64,000 bases of DNA from Lepidodermella squamata (lineage: Eukaryota > Animalia > Gastrotricha), in contig JBLDXI010000054.1 of the NCBI GenBank assembly GCA_047495785.1, positions 3,162,001 to 3,226,000 of the forward strand, in the 5' to 3' direction. Below, in pieces: positions 25,938 through 44,110 of this stretch. Under the pieces are notes generated by a model, which had not been told where the DNA came from, made no database searches, and was given only the letters and a program-made list of their open reading frames with translations. Within the stretch, counting starts at the first letter, position 1. Each line of letters opens with the position of its first letter. The translations under genes were made by a program, and so were the position numbers.

Positions 25938-28559
25938 ACCGCTGGTGCTTCTGCTGAGTCAACTTAATAATCAACAACTCCACCGCGTTTCCACTACTTA
26001 TCGTTATTTTACTCGCTGTTTCATGACACTTTAATAGCATCGCTATCTCCTTGACACCCCGAGATGATGGTTTTTACCTTATACTTACCTGTACCCGCGG
26101 AGAGTCGGAAATTTACATGACGCCTGTTATTCGTTCGTTCTGGTGCACCTGATTTCATTCCATGTATGGGTCATCGTAGAAGAACCGGGCAACGCGCACA
26201 CGATTTGATGAAAAAATCGTTAAAAAACTGTAAATAGTAGCGCAGGAAAACCCATCTCTGCGGCCGAATCTCAATCTTGCTTGATGAATTTTTTCAATGT
26301 TTCGAAATCCGTCTGTCGTGTAAAGAGATGATTTATGCAAGCGTGTACATAAAAGAAATACACAAATATTTATTTATAATGAAGAGCGCTTTTAATTACC
26401 ACTTGCATTATTCACGAATTGTTGATTATAATTTTAGCTGCTTTGTACAGAAAAAATCTGTCGATATTTATTTACTACAGCCATTCATTGTTGGTGGTGA
26501 CCGCTGTGTTTGATAGTCGCCTTTTGTCTGTTATCTCTCTTTCCATTTGCGCCAATTGACTTACGTTATTTCTTCCCGCAATACTTCCTGGTTAAATTGA
26601 CTACAAGCCGCTCGTTCTGTGTGAGAGAAAAATCAGCAGCAATCTATACAGAATCGACAGTTGATTCCCTGGAATGTACCTACTTAACATGTTTCGTTAT
26701 TCGACGCAAAAGAATGCAACCTGTTTTACGCAGCAGACTGATGCATCATTTCGAGGCGAATATCTGAATGTGACAATGATAGAAAACGCGCGAGTTGACC
26801 TGTTGCCTGCCTCTTTTTTCTCCTGTTTGTGTTCAACTATCAGTGTCATTTTGTGAGCTGCGTCATGATAATACATCTATATATACATATACTTGAATTT
26901 TGCCTGCTCGGTGCTGCACGTTTTTGTACAGCTTGTTTATTCTCGCGAGAAAATCGAAAAATCTCTGTAAATTTTGCTACGAAAGCTTTGTTTTATCCAA
27001 AAATGCATAATGCACAGTTAACATCGGGAGCCATAGCCGTAATGTTGACGCGTACTGTGCTTTAAACAACTTCAATGTTCTCCACTGGGCCATTTTACTG
27101 GCTAATTTGCGATACTGCCGTTCATGTCATGTCGATAAAAAAATATTTTATGGCAAATCATAGAAGTCTCGATGAAATTTGACGCCAGCATGATATAAGC
27201 AGCCAACTCGTCACATCGTTAAATAGAAGGATCTGATGTTTCTTTTCTTTATCTCTGTAAATACTGCAGACGATGAGTATGTCTGCGTGACTTTGTAAGC
27301 TGTGACTATGCTGTTCGTTTTCTCTGCCTGTTTTTGAACTGGTATGCGACTGCCTTCAGTTTCCACGGGATCTTCTCTACTTAAATTCTTGGCATATATT
27401 AATCATGCGGTGATCAATTCAGATGTCTACAAAAAAACATAACTGATTACACCGCAATTTTATTGCCTAGATTCTTTCTATTGGCTGCAAATTTCATGTT
27501 ATAGCTTTTCTGACAAAAATAGCGATGGCTGGAGACCGCGCTTCTACTACGTAAATGCATAAAGAAAATTTAATATCCGCGAGTGTATGATGAATCTATA
27601 AATATTAATATACATATTTATTACATAGAAAAATTTATGAAAGCTATATGTATACATAAACTCATATTCTATCTACGATAATGATGTTTTGTTCATCTTC
27701 AACGCAAGTAAAATGGTTTCTTGATGAAATGATCCGGCTTTTTTAGTCATTAATGGGATTCTATTACCCGACCAAATAGCAAGCAAATGTTACGTGAATG
27801 GACAAGGTCGAGAAAAGTCCTGTTAAATCAAGTTGACAATCGTCAACCGGGTATTACCAGGAACTTCAAGAAAGTTACACTCCATGCGTACTAATTTTCA
27901 AAAGTTACGTGGGATTACAGAAAACAGAAATGCGAGCTTGGAGGAATCCCAGAGACCAGGGAATCCAGGAATCCAGGAATCCCAGGTAGTAGGTACCATC
28001 AAAGTGGCCCTAAACACTTCGCTCGGAAGTATCCAACAATGCCTCGCCGACAAAAGCTTATTAAAAGCGGCTTATAGACCGTTGATCCAAAATCCAGTGT
28101 ATTGTCTGGCGACCTCGGGTACTTTCATCTACTTCTTTTTGGTGAATTAAAATCCTTTTGGCGCAATAGTTATAAGCTTTAAATTGGGAAGCATTACTTG
28201 TCTGCAGTCTGCAACTAGCGTGAGCGTTTCCTTACTAACTTCTTGGATAAACAATGCCTACCACGTCTACCGTCTAACTGTGTGAATTCTGATACGGATC
28301 CTTTTTCGATGAATCTTATTAGCCTAAGTTATCAAGTTGAAGAGCGCTGGATCGGAATCTTGAAGTGGAGGATCGGAGACCTGAGCGTCGGATCCTGAGC
28401 GCGAACAAAATTCGTTTTCAAAAAATGCATGCGCCTCAAAGTATATAAAATATTAAATGATAATGATAGCGATAATTATTTCATAATTGTTAGTACTAAA
28501 AAACACAAAATTGCATTTCACATTTAACCTTCACTTTTATTAAGCAGTTCTTCAAACCA

Positions 28560-29520
28560 AAAATCCGCACACCGACTTGAAGACTCGAACAATGATGTAC
28601 GACGGCATCATCGGGTCGAAGTTCAACTACTGCGACGCCGTCATCGATCAGGGCTGCAAGACCCAGCTGGATCGACTTCAACACGCGCAAAACAAAGCCG
28701 TTCGTGCCGTTCTCGACGTCAGTCCTGACGTGCCCGCCGATGAAGTTCTCGTGCGATTGCGATGGGTGAATCTGCAAGGCAAACGACTGGTCCACCTGGC
28801 TACAACCATGTGGAAGTGCAGCAGGGATCCTGAGACCCCCGAGGCACTCTCGTCGCTAGTCAAGCCGATGAACCAACAGCATGACCACAACACTCGAGGC
28901 GCCGCCACCGGGAAGTACGTCAAGCCATCGTGCAAGCTCGCCACAGGCCAGCGCTCGTTCCCAACCAAGGCCATCCAGTGGTGGAACCAGCTGCCAGCGA
29001 AGATCAGGCTGTCCGCTTCCACAAAGGCGTGCCGGCAAGCCACGCTCGAATTCCTACGCGAACAGGCCAAACACGACGCCATCATCAAGGCGAATAGCGA
29101 GCGAAAGAAAAAGGAACTCAACGCCTCTCTGCAGCCGCAGGTCGCGTTCAATCCGTACTCCAAAGCCGCCTTCGTCTACAACTACGTGCCGAACTAAATG
29201 AGTTTTCCAAATTTCTATTTATATTTTTCAAAGCCTATACTCAACCAAATGTAATATACTTTTATTTTCTTTATAGCTCCGTCATTAAATTATCTTATAT
29301 TTTGGCTCCGTGAATTACCTCTTGTAAATTATCTCTACTCTTGTAAATATTCCTCCAAACTAGTCTTTTGGTAGCTTTCTTGCTACGACGGCGTTTGTAG
29401 GCTTCGCTGAGTGAGTGGAAAAGCCACCTGGGCAGTAATGCCTGGGCCCTGGAGAAACAGTCAGCAATAACTGGAGTACCAGGGGTAGGGATTTCAATTA
29501 TGTAGTTATTAAACCAGTTC
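28560..29520 (+). mobile_element. 5'-truncated non-LTR retrotransposon (CR1/L2-like): RT C-terminal region plus 3' UTR
   Basis: ORF 28577-29197 has YCD, LDRLQHAQNKAVR, RLRW, HNTR, QRSF and WNQLPAKIR, typical of CR1/L2-group ORF2 C-termini. It is GC-richer than its flanks, and the 3' UTR has a CCTGG...CAGT...ACTG...CCAGG stem (~29441-29483). No RT catalytic core lies upstream. Confidence 0.8.
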
Positions 29521-29610
29521 AAACTTTCCTAGAGCGTAAGCTCGCGATTTTCTCACAAGCTCCGCCTTATGGTGAAAGCTTGAGTCCGTCAGGGCGAGGA
29601 GAAATCGTAA

Positions 29611-29662
29611 ATCCTGATCCTGATCCTGATCCTGATCCTGATCCTGATCCTGATCCTGATCC
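29611..29662 (+). repeat. (ATCCTG)n hexanucleotide tandem repeat, about 8.7 units
   Basis: Perfect repeat read directly. Confidence 0.97.
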
Positions 29663-30421
29663 GCGCGGCAAAAGCGATGTAGTAGACTAGGATGCCTCCG
29701 CTTGTGCGTCGAACGCGACAAACCCCTCAAGCCTCACAGATGTTGTTGCCGTCGTAATTATCGTGGGCTTTGAGCAAAGATCTGAGATGTAAATTTCTTC
29801 AGACAGGGAGGTTTTTCAGGCTGATTATGATCGGATTTTACCTCGGAATCTGAATTCACTGTTAGTTGATTTGCTAGCTACCTTTCATGTCTAGTTTCGA
29901 TCGCTACAATTATGGGCAAGCGTCACCTAATCATGAGTTATTACCAAGACGTCTGAATCATGGACCTTCTGTTCTTGAAACACTGCTTCCACTACTTGAG
30001 TTTCTGGTTCTAAGTGCTCAATCGTTCCCCTAGCCTAGGTACGTCGTAAATATTCTACATATTAGCAATCTACTCTTCATTCCCTACCTCTCGGGAGAGG
30101 AGTCTCGAGCTTCATTGGCTTTAGTTTGTCATCTATGTGTACTGACCTCAAATACATTTATTCACGTTGAGATTTCAAAACATGGACGCCGTTATGTTCC
30201 CCTATCTTCAATTTCGAATCAAGGTTTCTAGTTTTTCGTAGTTTTTTTGATAGATTTCCTGAGATACACCTCCCTGGGCATAACATTGAATTTTGATTCC
30301 AAGCTGGTCGATTTGATCTTGGGTTGTGAGAGTAATTAGTAATCATACATATCTGCAGATGTTCGTTCTTAGTTTAACAGTCATAAGTTATTCTCATTTT
30401 TATGTTTAGGTAAAATTTATA

Positions 30422-31111
30422 ATGTCTGAGGAGGGTGCTTCATCATCAACGGCAGGTTCTTCTTCCGCAAAGGAAGAGCGGCTCAAAAGATTGATGGAGT
30501 TGCGACTCAAGCGCAATGAAGCCCGTAAACTCAATCATCACGAGGTCGCCGAAGAAGAGCGCAAAGCCAATTTACCCCAGAGTCATGAATGGAGACGCCG
30601 GCGTGCCGAATGGGAAGAACTCGAAGATAAGCGAAAGCAGGAACTTGGTGCTGATTATGACAGAGTTCGCAATTTGGAACTAGGCGCTGATATTGCAGAA
30701 AAGTTAGATCAGAAGAAGCGTGCGAAGCATAATCCCGATCCTGGCCTTATTGATTACGACCAACTAGCTGCCCGGAAATATTCACGTGAAACCAAGCAAT
30801 TGAAAGTTGATCAACAGAAATATGAAGCTCAAAAAGCGGAGCTTGGCGAGGAACGCTTTTATCCCGGCGCGAATACCTTGGGCCTTCATGACCGAAAAGA
30901 TCCGGAGGAAGCCATTGATCGTTTAGTCGGCGATTTGGATAAACAAGCTCAACGGCGCTTGGCATTCCATCGCCGCCGTGGTTATGATCCCGACGCTGAC
31001 GTTGACTACATCAACGAGCGCAACAGGCGCTTCAATAAGAAGATCGACAAGTTTTACGGTGATTACACCTCGGAGATCAAACAAAACTTGGAGCGGGGTA
31101 CTGCTCTGTGA
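30422..31111 (+). CDS. SYF2: Pre-mRNA splicing factor SYF2
   Basis: RNEARKLNH, NPDPG, RRR.YDPDADVDYINERNRRFNKKIDKFYG and EIKQNLERGTA motifs; single coding exon. Confidence 0.97.
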   Translation: MSEEGASSSTAGSSSAKEERLKRLMELRLKRNEARKLNHHEVAEEERKANLPQSHEWRRRRAEWEELEDKRKQELGADYDRVRNLELGADIAEKLDQKKRAKHNPDPGLIDYDQLAARKYSRETKQLKVDQQKYEAQKAELGEERFYPGANTLGLHDRKDPEEAIDRLVGDLDKQAQRRLAFHRRRGYDPDADVDYINERNRRFNKKIDKFYGDYTSEIKQNLERGTAL

Positions 31112-31233
31112 TTTCCTGATCTTTTTGTTCGGTTTTTACGCTAATTATCGCCGTGTTTTCAAATAAAAGTGTTTTGATAACAAGTTATTTTGCGATTTTG
31201 TCTTATTTCTAGTTGTTTTATGTGTTTCATTGG

Positions 31234-37944
<6,711 letters not shown>

Positions 37945-38670
37945 TGACATTTTTTTAGCCGGTATCTCCTGGATTTTTATTGCTACACAAACACACACGG
38001 TTGTTGAACGCAGCGGTTTTTTACATGATAGCAATATTATTATTATTCTGTGGTAAAGACTGTCTATCAGTTTCGTTGTTTCATTTTATCTGTTGGCTCA
38101 ATAATTCCTATGATGACGATGATGGAAATAAAATGGAAGATGCTATTGTTTGTTATTGTTGTAATTTCTTCGATCAATCGCCAGTTTATAGCTTTGGAGG
38201 AGGTGTTTACGGCTGTAAGGCCTTGCCTTTGTGGTCTTTATAAACGCAGAGTATGCCGCCGGGGTCGTTTCTATCGCTCGGAACTGTTGAAAATAATAAA
38301 ATATCGTAAAATTTGGGACTTGATTGAAATAACCTTATTTGATCGTGAGCTGTCTAGAAAAACCGCCGAATCAAACTCAAAATTCGGCAATATGGCCACA
38401 GATGAATCAAATAGGAGAATCAGGACAACGATGAAAAAGGTCTCCATTTTATCAAGGTATAGTTATAAATTTCATCGGCATATTCGACCGGCTGGAGTTC
38501 GAGCTAATTTCCCCACACATCCTGTCGTAGAACCTTCCTGTATAACTTCTCATGCGTCACGAGTGGCAAATTTACAGCCTTAAGTATATTTTATGCGATG
38601 GCAAACTTTATTTCCTGAATGTGCGCTATGCAATTCATAGCTATAATTCATTGCGGAACGGTCCACAGTT

Positions 38671-38982
38671 TTATATTTGACGTAGTCGCTTTGATTGGTC
38701 AGCTATCAGAGGACTTTTTGGTAGCTGGTGCGATTTAGCCATTACAACCGTCTTGACCATGGGTTTGTATTTGCTTAGAAGTTTAGTCCAAACGGGGCCG
38801 GGTAGTGGCTGCGATTGGCGGGAATTGACGACTGCTGCGTTTAGGGCCGCGCGTAGCTGCTCACCGGGCCCCTTCAGCTTATTATGACCACTGCTCTTAC
38901 TGATGTTGTCTTTCATAAATGCCGATGTTTCATAAGTTAGCAGAGCTAGAGATAAAACAATTGTGCTGAATTTTGAGGCCAT
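38671..38982 (-). CDS. Small secreted basic protein, orphan (cluster gene A, 103 aa)
   Basis: Signal peptide MASKFSTIVLSLALLTYETSA; shares the WTK..KPM..VV..KS motif with gene B. Confidence 0.75.
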   Translation of the reverse strand: MASKFSTIVLSLALLTYETSAFMKDNISKSSGHNKLKGPGEQLRAALNAAVVNSRQSQPLPGPVWTKLLSKYKPMVKTVVMAKSHQLPKSPLIADQSKRLRQI

Positions 38983-39375
38983 GTTGAAGCGTTTTCAAAG
39001 TCGCAAATGCCCGGCATTTCGCTTACGCAGAATTGGGCGTAGAAACTCAGGAAGCGTAATGAACTGCGAAACCAAGACGGAACCGATTTTTAATTGCATT
39101 CTGTATATAGTATTTTTGGCTGTCGCGCAGAGTGGGCTGCGGCTCCACGCGCGAATTTTTCAACTCGAGTGCAATTTTATTCATGCTTCCTAAAATAAGC
39201 AGTAATGACATTACTTCTCTCCAATATTTGACACTAATCCAATAAATGACGCCTGAGGTTGAATCAAGGACCTTTTGGCTATTTTAGTATTCAATCCCAG
39301 AACTAAGATTCTTTGCCAACATTCTAAGGTTTATTTTATCCATCTATGACAAATTTAGAGGGATGTGCAAGAAAA

Positions 39376-39707
39376 TTATGTGCGTTTATTGTAGTCAAAA
39401 GAGGGTCGCCATTGCCTGCCCGCAAAGCGAGACTTCGAAAGCACGACAACTCTCTCCATCGGTTTGTGCCGTCTCTGAATTTTCGTCCAAATTGCATTAG
39501 AATGTTGCTGTAGGTATAATCAAAATTCCAAGCATGAGCAATTTTCGTAAAAAATGAAATAAAAACCCTGACCTCTGCGGCGTTTGGTGGTATATCCATG
39601 GATTTTTTCCAAACATGGCTGCTACTAACGTGATGGGAGTTGATAAATGCCGCGGAAACGGCTGTGAAACTAATCAAAAGTATCGCAATGGCAAAGCCAA
39701 ATTTCAT
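39376..39707 (-). CDS. Small secreted basic protein, orphan (cluster gene B, 88 aa, 2 exons)
   Basis: Signal peptide MKFGFAIAILLISFTAVSA. A GT-AG intron at 39572-39508 gives exon 2 QHSNAIWTKIQRRHKPMERVVVLSKSRFAGRQWRPSFDYNKRT*, which is similar to gene A. Confidence 0.78.
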
Positions 39708-40485
39708 TTTGAATCCGATCTATTTTCAAGTTTTCAAGTATAGTAAGAGCGAAAACGAACTTTGACCGCTTGCTACTTCTTTTGTGTCGTGAGTCTGCAT
39801 TAATTATTTTCTTCTCGGGATGGTCACTAGAGAATTGATAAAGGAAGAACTGACCGGAGAAGGCGGAAGTGAACTTTGATGGCTTTCTTTCATCATTTTA
39901 CGCGGGTCGGGCCGAGAGAGACCTGAGATCATACAACTCAAATAAAGGGCGCATTTTCGATGTTCAATTTACTGACCAAGTCTAATAGACCCGTTTCATC
40001 GTCGTGGGCGTCGCTGTCGTATTGGTCATCGTCGAAAAATTCCCTTAAAGGGGTGTGACCGAAGTCATTCCCATAATTTAATGACGCACGATTATAACAG
40101 ATTAAGTCTGGACCAGTCACGCCTCCGCCGTTTATGAATTATAAGTCACCTGATTCTGAGAATTAAAAAAATTAGGATTTAGGATAGGACAAAACTCACC
40201 TTGGATCACGAACTGACTTTAATCTCGCTCCGTATAAGACAATTACTTATAATAAAATGATTTGCAATGAATATTTCTTCAAAAATTCAAGTAAAAAACA
40301 AACAGAAAAAGACGAAAAATAATCAGTCACTAACTTTTTTATTTGCTGTAAAATCGAATCAATATCCTGCCTTCATTGAATTTATTTCAATGCAGTTTTT
40401 ACTGCATTACCTAAATAAAAATTGCAACCTGCGCGGTATAAAAGAGTAATTTAATGTCTCAGCAATTCTTGGGAGCCGCAGTAGC

Positions 40486-40794
40486 TTAGACCAAGAAATC
40501 TTCCCAATCATCGGCCCAATTTGCGCGCGATTGTGCGGCTGGCTTGTGAATGAAATTGCGAACAGCAGCTGATTTAGTTCCGACAACTGAATGGTGGGGC
40601 TGGACGTCATCCGAGTCGTAGGGCGACGCTTGATTTCGAGCTTGCCGTTTAAATAGTTCCTGATTAACTTGTTTCTGCAGTAGTTCATCCAGCAAATCGT
40701 CCATTTTCAAAACTTTCGCCGATTTCGTCTCAGCAGCGACGTAGTAGATCGAAAGTGAAGCGATGATAACGAATAAAATTGTAGTTGGATGCAT
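40486..40794 (-). CDS. Secreted prohormone-like precursor, orphan (cluster gene C, 102 aa)
   Basis: Signal peptide, acidic pro-region, KR followed by Q (FKR/QARN), and Trp/Asp-rich end NWADDWEDFLV; TATA-like GTATATAAAG ~70 bp upstream. Confidence 0.75.
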   Translation of the reverse strand: MHPTTILFVIIASLSIYYVAAETKSAKVLKMDDLLDELLQKQVNQELFKRQARNQASPYDSDDVQPHHSVVGTKSAAVRNFIHKPAAQSRANWADDWEDFLV

Positions 40795-41397
40795 TTTCGT
40801 GGTAGTAGAGTTTATCGAAAGCTCTACTTCTGATTTTGATGTAAAAAGCTAAAAATGCAAAGCTTTATATACAGGACAATGCCTAATATTTCTGGGAAAG
40901 ATTTCGTGGTACATCTGTCTGGAAATAAATGTGGGATGATTATAGGTATTCGGCGTCTATAAATGGATCCCAATTGACATTCCTGTCATAAGGGTTGAAA
41001 TCACGCAAATTTGATATTTCCAGTTACGCCAGGAAAATCGCGAAAGCCCACCCTTTCCTAGAAATTCTTGCCATTTTAAGCTTTTTCGTCCTCATAACCT
41101 AATCAAGCACACTTTGCATAGGACAGTTTCATTTCCCGCGAGTTATGAACTGGAAAAACCTAATTTATTTTGAAAAAAAACGACAGTCGCTCATACAGGT
41201 AATCAAAACTAATCAAAAATGATTCGGAAGAAATACATAAAATGGACTGCTTTAATAAAATCGATATTTTTTCTAGGCCTGCTAGTCAAATAATAATTGA
41301 TGGTTAGTGCCGCGTGACTTCCATAGTGATCCCGACGGGCGACAAATTCGCACCTGATTTACGCTTGATAAAAAAAAATCGCAATCAGCATTCTGTT

Positions 41398-41823
41398 TCA
41401 GCCGAAATGACGCATGGAAGCTCGCGGGGGCTTTGTTGTCGACTGCTTATTGTTCATTCGCAACATTCGACGCACGCGGTTACGCAGCTTCTGATAGTGC
41501 CGCAATTTAGCGATAATTGACAGGTCCGGATCCGTCAGCAGCAAGAGTTCGGGCGACAGGATTTTTACGTTCGGCTTGCCAATCGCCACCAACAGGCGCT
41601 GTTTGGCATTCGCTAGGTCGTCGATGTCGTTTTTTACGACAACAGGTCCAGCTGGGATGGCTCGCCCTGACGTCTGAAAATTTAAAAAACACATGCGTCA
41701 GAATTTAAAAGTATTAAGGCTGGTTTTACTCACTGATTTATTGAGTCGAATTCTTTCGACCGAAAGGTCACCAACTACAGCGACCACCAGCATCGATGAA
41801 ATAATTGTGACCTTGTAAACCAT
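41398..41823 (-). CDS. Secreted neuropeptide-like precursor ending in Gly (cluster gene D, 121 aa, 2 exons)
   Basis: Exon 1 MVYKVTIISSMLVVAVVGDLSVERIRLNKS, 60-nt intron 41733-41674 (gtgagt...tttcag), exon 2 ending ...KPPRASMRHFG*. Confidence 0.75.
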
Positions 41824-42324
41824 GAGGTCTCAAAATTGTCCAGAAAATATGATTTATGAATTGAAACAAAAGTCTAAATAATTCGAAGTCGCCTAAGTAA
41901 TTTTTATTCGGAAATAAAAGTAGAAAACGTAACGGAAACTAACCAAGTAGCAGTTTTCGAGTAGGCGGCTCGCTCTTTCACTGCTGGTGCGCGTCTTTTT
42001 ACTTTTGTTTCCTTATTATTGAATTTACTCGTGATCGTCATCGTGATTCTATGAATAGCACATGTAAAACCGCGCTTTTTAAGTTGGATTGCGTAGTAAT
42101 TCGGGTCCCCGTTGAATCTAATTCAACTGTTGCATTATTCACGCCGGCTTCTTCAAATCCCAATCATCAGCACTGCCTAGGGATTTTCATTTAGTCAAAA
42201 CAGGTTCAAGTGGTCTGCGGATTGGGAAAGTTCGACAATTTAAAAATGTCCCATAAGCAATCAATATCGAGAAATACGCCATGATGCCAATTTTATTGAT
42301 TTTATTTATTAAGACGGAAATTCA

Positions 42325-42624
42325 TTATCCAGCACGCATTCGGCTTGCCGATGACAGTGGTTTGGACTTCCTCGCCAGCATTTTCAGATTGTCTTCGCGA
42401 GAGTTGAAGAGCAACCCGATCATTCTTCCGATTTCGGCGACAACATTGCTGGCGCCATTCCGTCTTTTCACCATCACATGCTCCGGAATCAGATCGGTTT
42501 TCTCGAATCGCGATGTGCTTTCTGGTATTTGCTCATTCCTGCCGAGCTCTTTAGTCGATGCAACCAAATTTGCTGCGGAAATCAGAACGATTAAAGCAAG
42601 ATGAGACGAGTAAAAAATGTTCAT
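42325..42624 (-). CDS. Secreted neuropeptide-like precursor with amidation signal (cluster gene E, 99 aa)
   Basis: Signal peptide, spacer, KRR site, then a 43-aa peptide NGASNVVAEIGRMIGLLF...ASRMRA followed by G*. Confidence 0.8.
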   Translation of the reverse strand: MNIFYSSHLALIVLISAANLVASTKELGRNEQIPESTSRFEKTDLIPEHVMVKRRNGASNVVAEIGRMIGLLFNSREDNLKMLARKSKPLSSASRMRAG

Positions 42625-43279
42625 TGCGAAATAAAATCAGGATTAGGGGGCATTAAAATATAACTTATCAATAAGCCATCCCGATTCACCTATATCCTAT
42701 TTCGATCAAATGTCACTTCCTACGTCGATTTACTATTGCCAAAGCCAGGACTATTTGCTTTTTTTCTGCGAAATTACCAAGTTGACAGGCTGTTCAAATT
42801 GGACCGTAAGTTACAAACAAAAAATTATCGCAGGTATCAAGGATGCATTGATATAACACATATTTTAATTGTTTTCAATGTCACCCTTCAACGTCTGCGT
42901 CTGATTGAATAGGAAAATCAAGATAGCACCCGTGAGTATCGAAACCGGACTGCTGGCGCTCATTCAAAATGACCAATTAATAAAGACTATCTGCAATATT
43001 ATCTATACCTATGCAATATCTGCAATGAGCACTTTCCTTCCTTTTCAAGAATTAAGAATATTACGGAGGCTTCGTCAAAAACATCATAATCATAACTTTG
43101 ATCATAATTTGGATGGTTAATATGCATCTGCTAAGCAGTGTTATAGTTGTTGTTGGTACAAAATAGCAAGTTTATGCTGGCATAATTTACTACTACTTGG
43201 ACCTTGGACCGTTAAAAAACTGCTTCAACTCCGTCTTAATTGATCACACAAATTATAGCGCTATTATACTTAGTGCTAT

Positions 43280-44110
43280 TGTTACGACCCAAGTCCGAAA
43301 GCGACCACATCGCGGTCTGGTCGACCAGACCCCGACGGGGCATTACTCGTGTTCCACGTCGCGCTCTGGTCGACCAGGATGCGACGGGCCTGCAATCTCT
43401 CTTATCAAACACCTATGTCGGGCTTCGGCTCGAAGGTGTCGACCGAGGTACGGTGGGCTCCAAATCGAGAACAATGGACGCGCGCGCGCATTGTCCCGCC
43501 GTGCTCTGGCTCACACGCGCGCGCATGAGCCAGAGCCCGACCGCGCTTATTGACTGAATTGAACATTTTTTTAATTAAATATAAATTTACCAAAAAAATA
43601 GCAAAGTCGCAAGCTGTATGTCTCACGCACTGTAGTCAAATGATCTATTTTCAGCGCGCCTTAACTGACTCACGATTTTTTCCGCTTGTTTAATATTAAT
43701 AATCGAGCCTTTCTCAAATATTCCGTTATTTTTTTACTCAAGCTGTGAACGCTCAGGTGCTAATAGACGCTTAGAAATACACTGTTTCTACTTCGCTTCC
43801 ACTTGGATAAAAAATAGAATGACTAGTAAAAAGTAGAAATCAAACGCAGTCGGGCTCTGGCTCATGCGCGCGCGTGTGAGCCAGAGCACGGCGGGACAAT
43901 GCGCGCGCGCGTCCATTGTTCTCGATTTGGAGCCCACCGTACCTCGGTCGACACCTACAAGCCGAAGCCCGACAAAGGTGTTTGATAAGAGAGATTGCAG
44001 GCCCGTCGCATCCTGGTCGACCAGAGCGCGACGTGGAAATCGCCTATAGCCACGTCGGGGTCTGGTCGACCAAACCGCGATGTGGTCGCTTTCGGACTTG
44101 GGTCGTAACA
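43280..44110. mobile_element. Non-autonomous DNA transposon with ~265-bp TIRs, TGT...ACA ends and 4-bp TSD (Ginger-like)
   Basis: 43280-~43545 is the near-perfect reverse complement of ~43845-44110; termini are TGTTACG/CGTAACA; CTAT is duplicated at 43276-43279 and 44111-44114; the core is AT-rich and non-coding. Confidence 0.88.

Noticed and set aside
29295-29522. Minus-strand ORF with IEIPTPGTPVIADCFSR, reminiscent of the Gypsy RNase H end motif (N.VADALSR)
   Set aside because: It is the antisense of the LINE 3' UTR stem region, and no other pol motifs or LTRs are nearby.
29509-29730. ORF with a DQDQDQ repeat
   Set aside because: Simply the translation of the (ATCCTG)n microsatellite.
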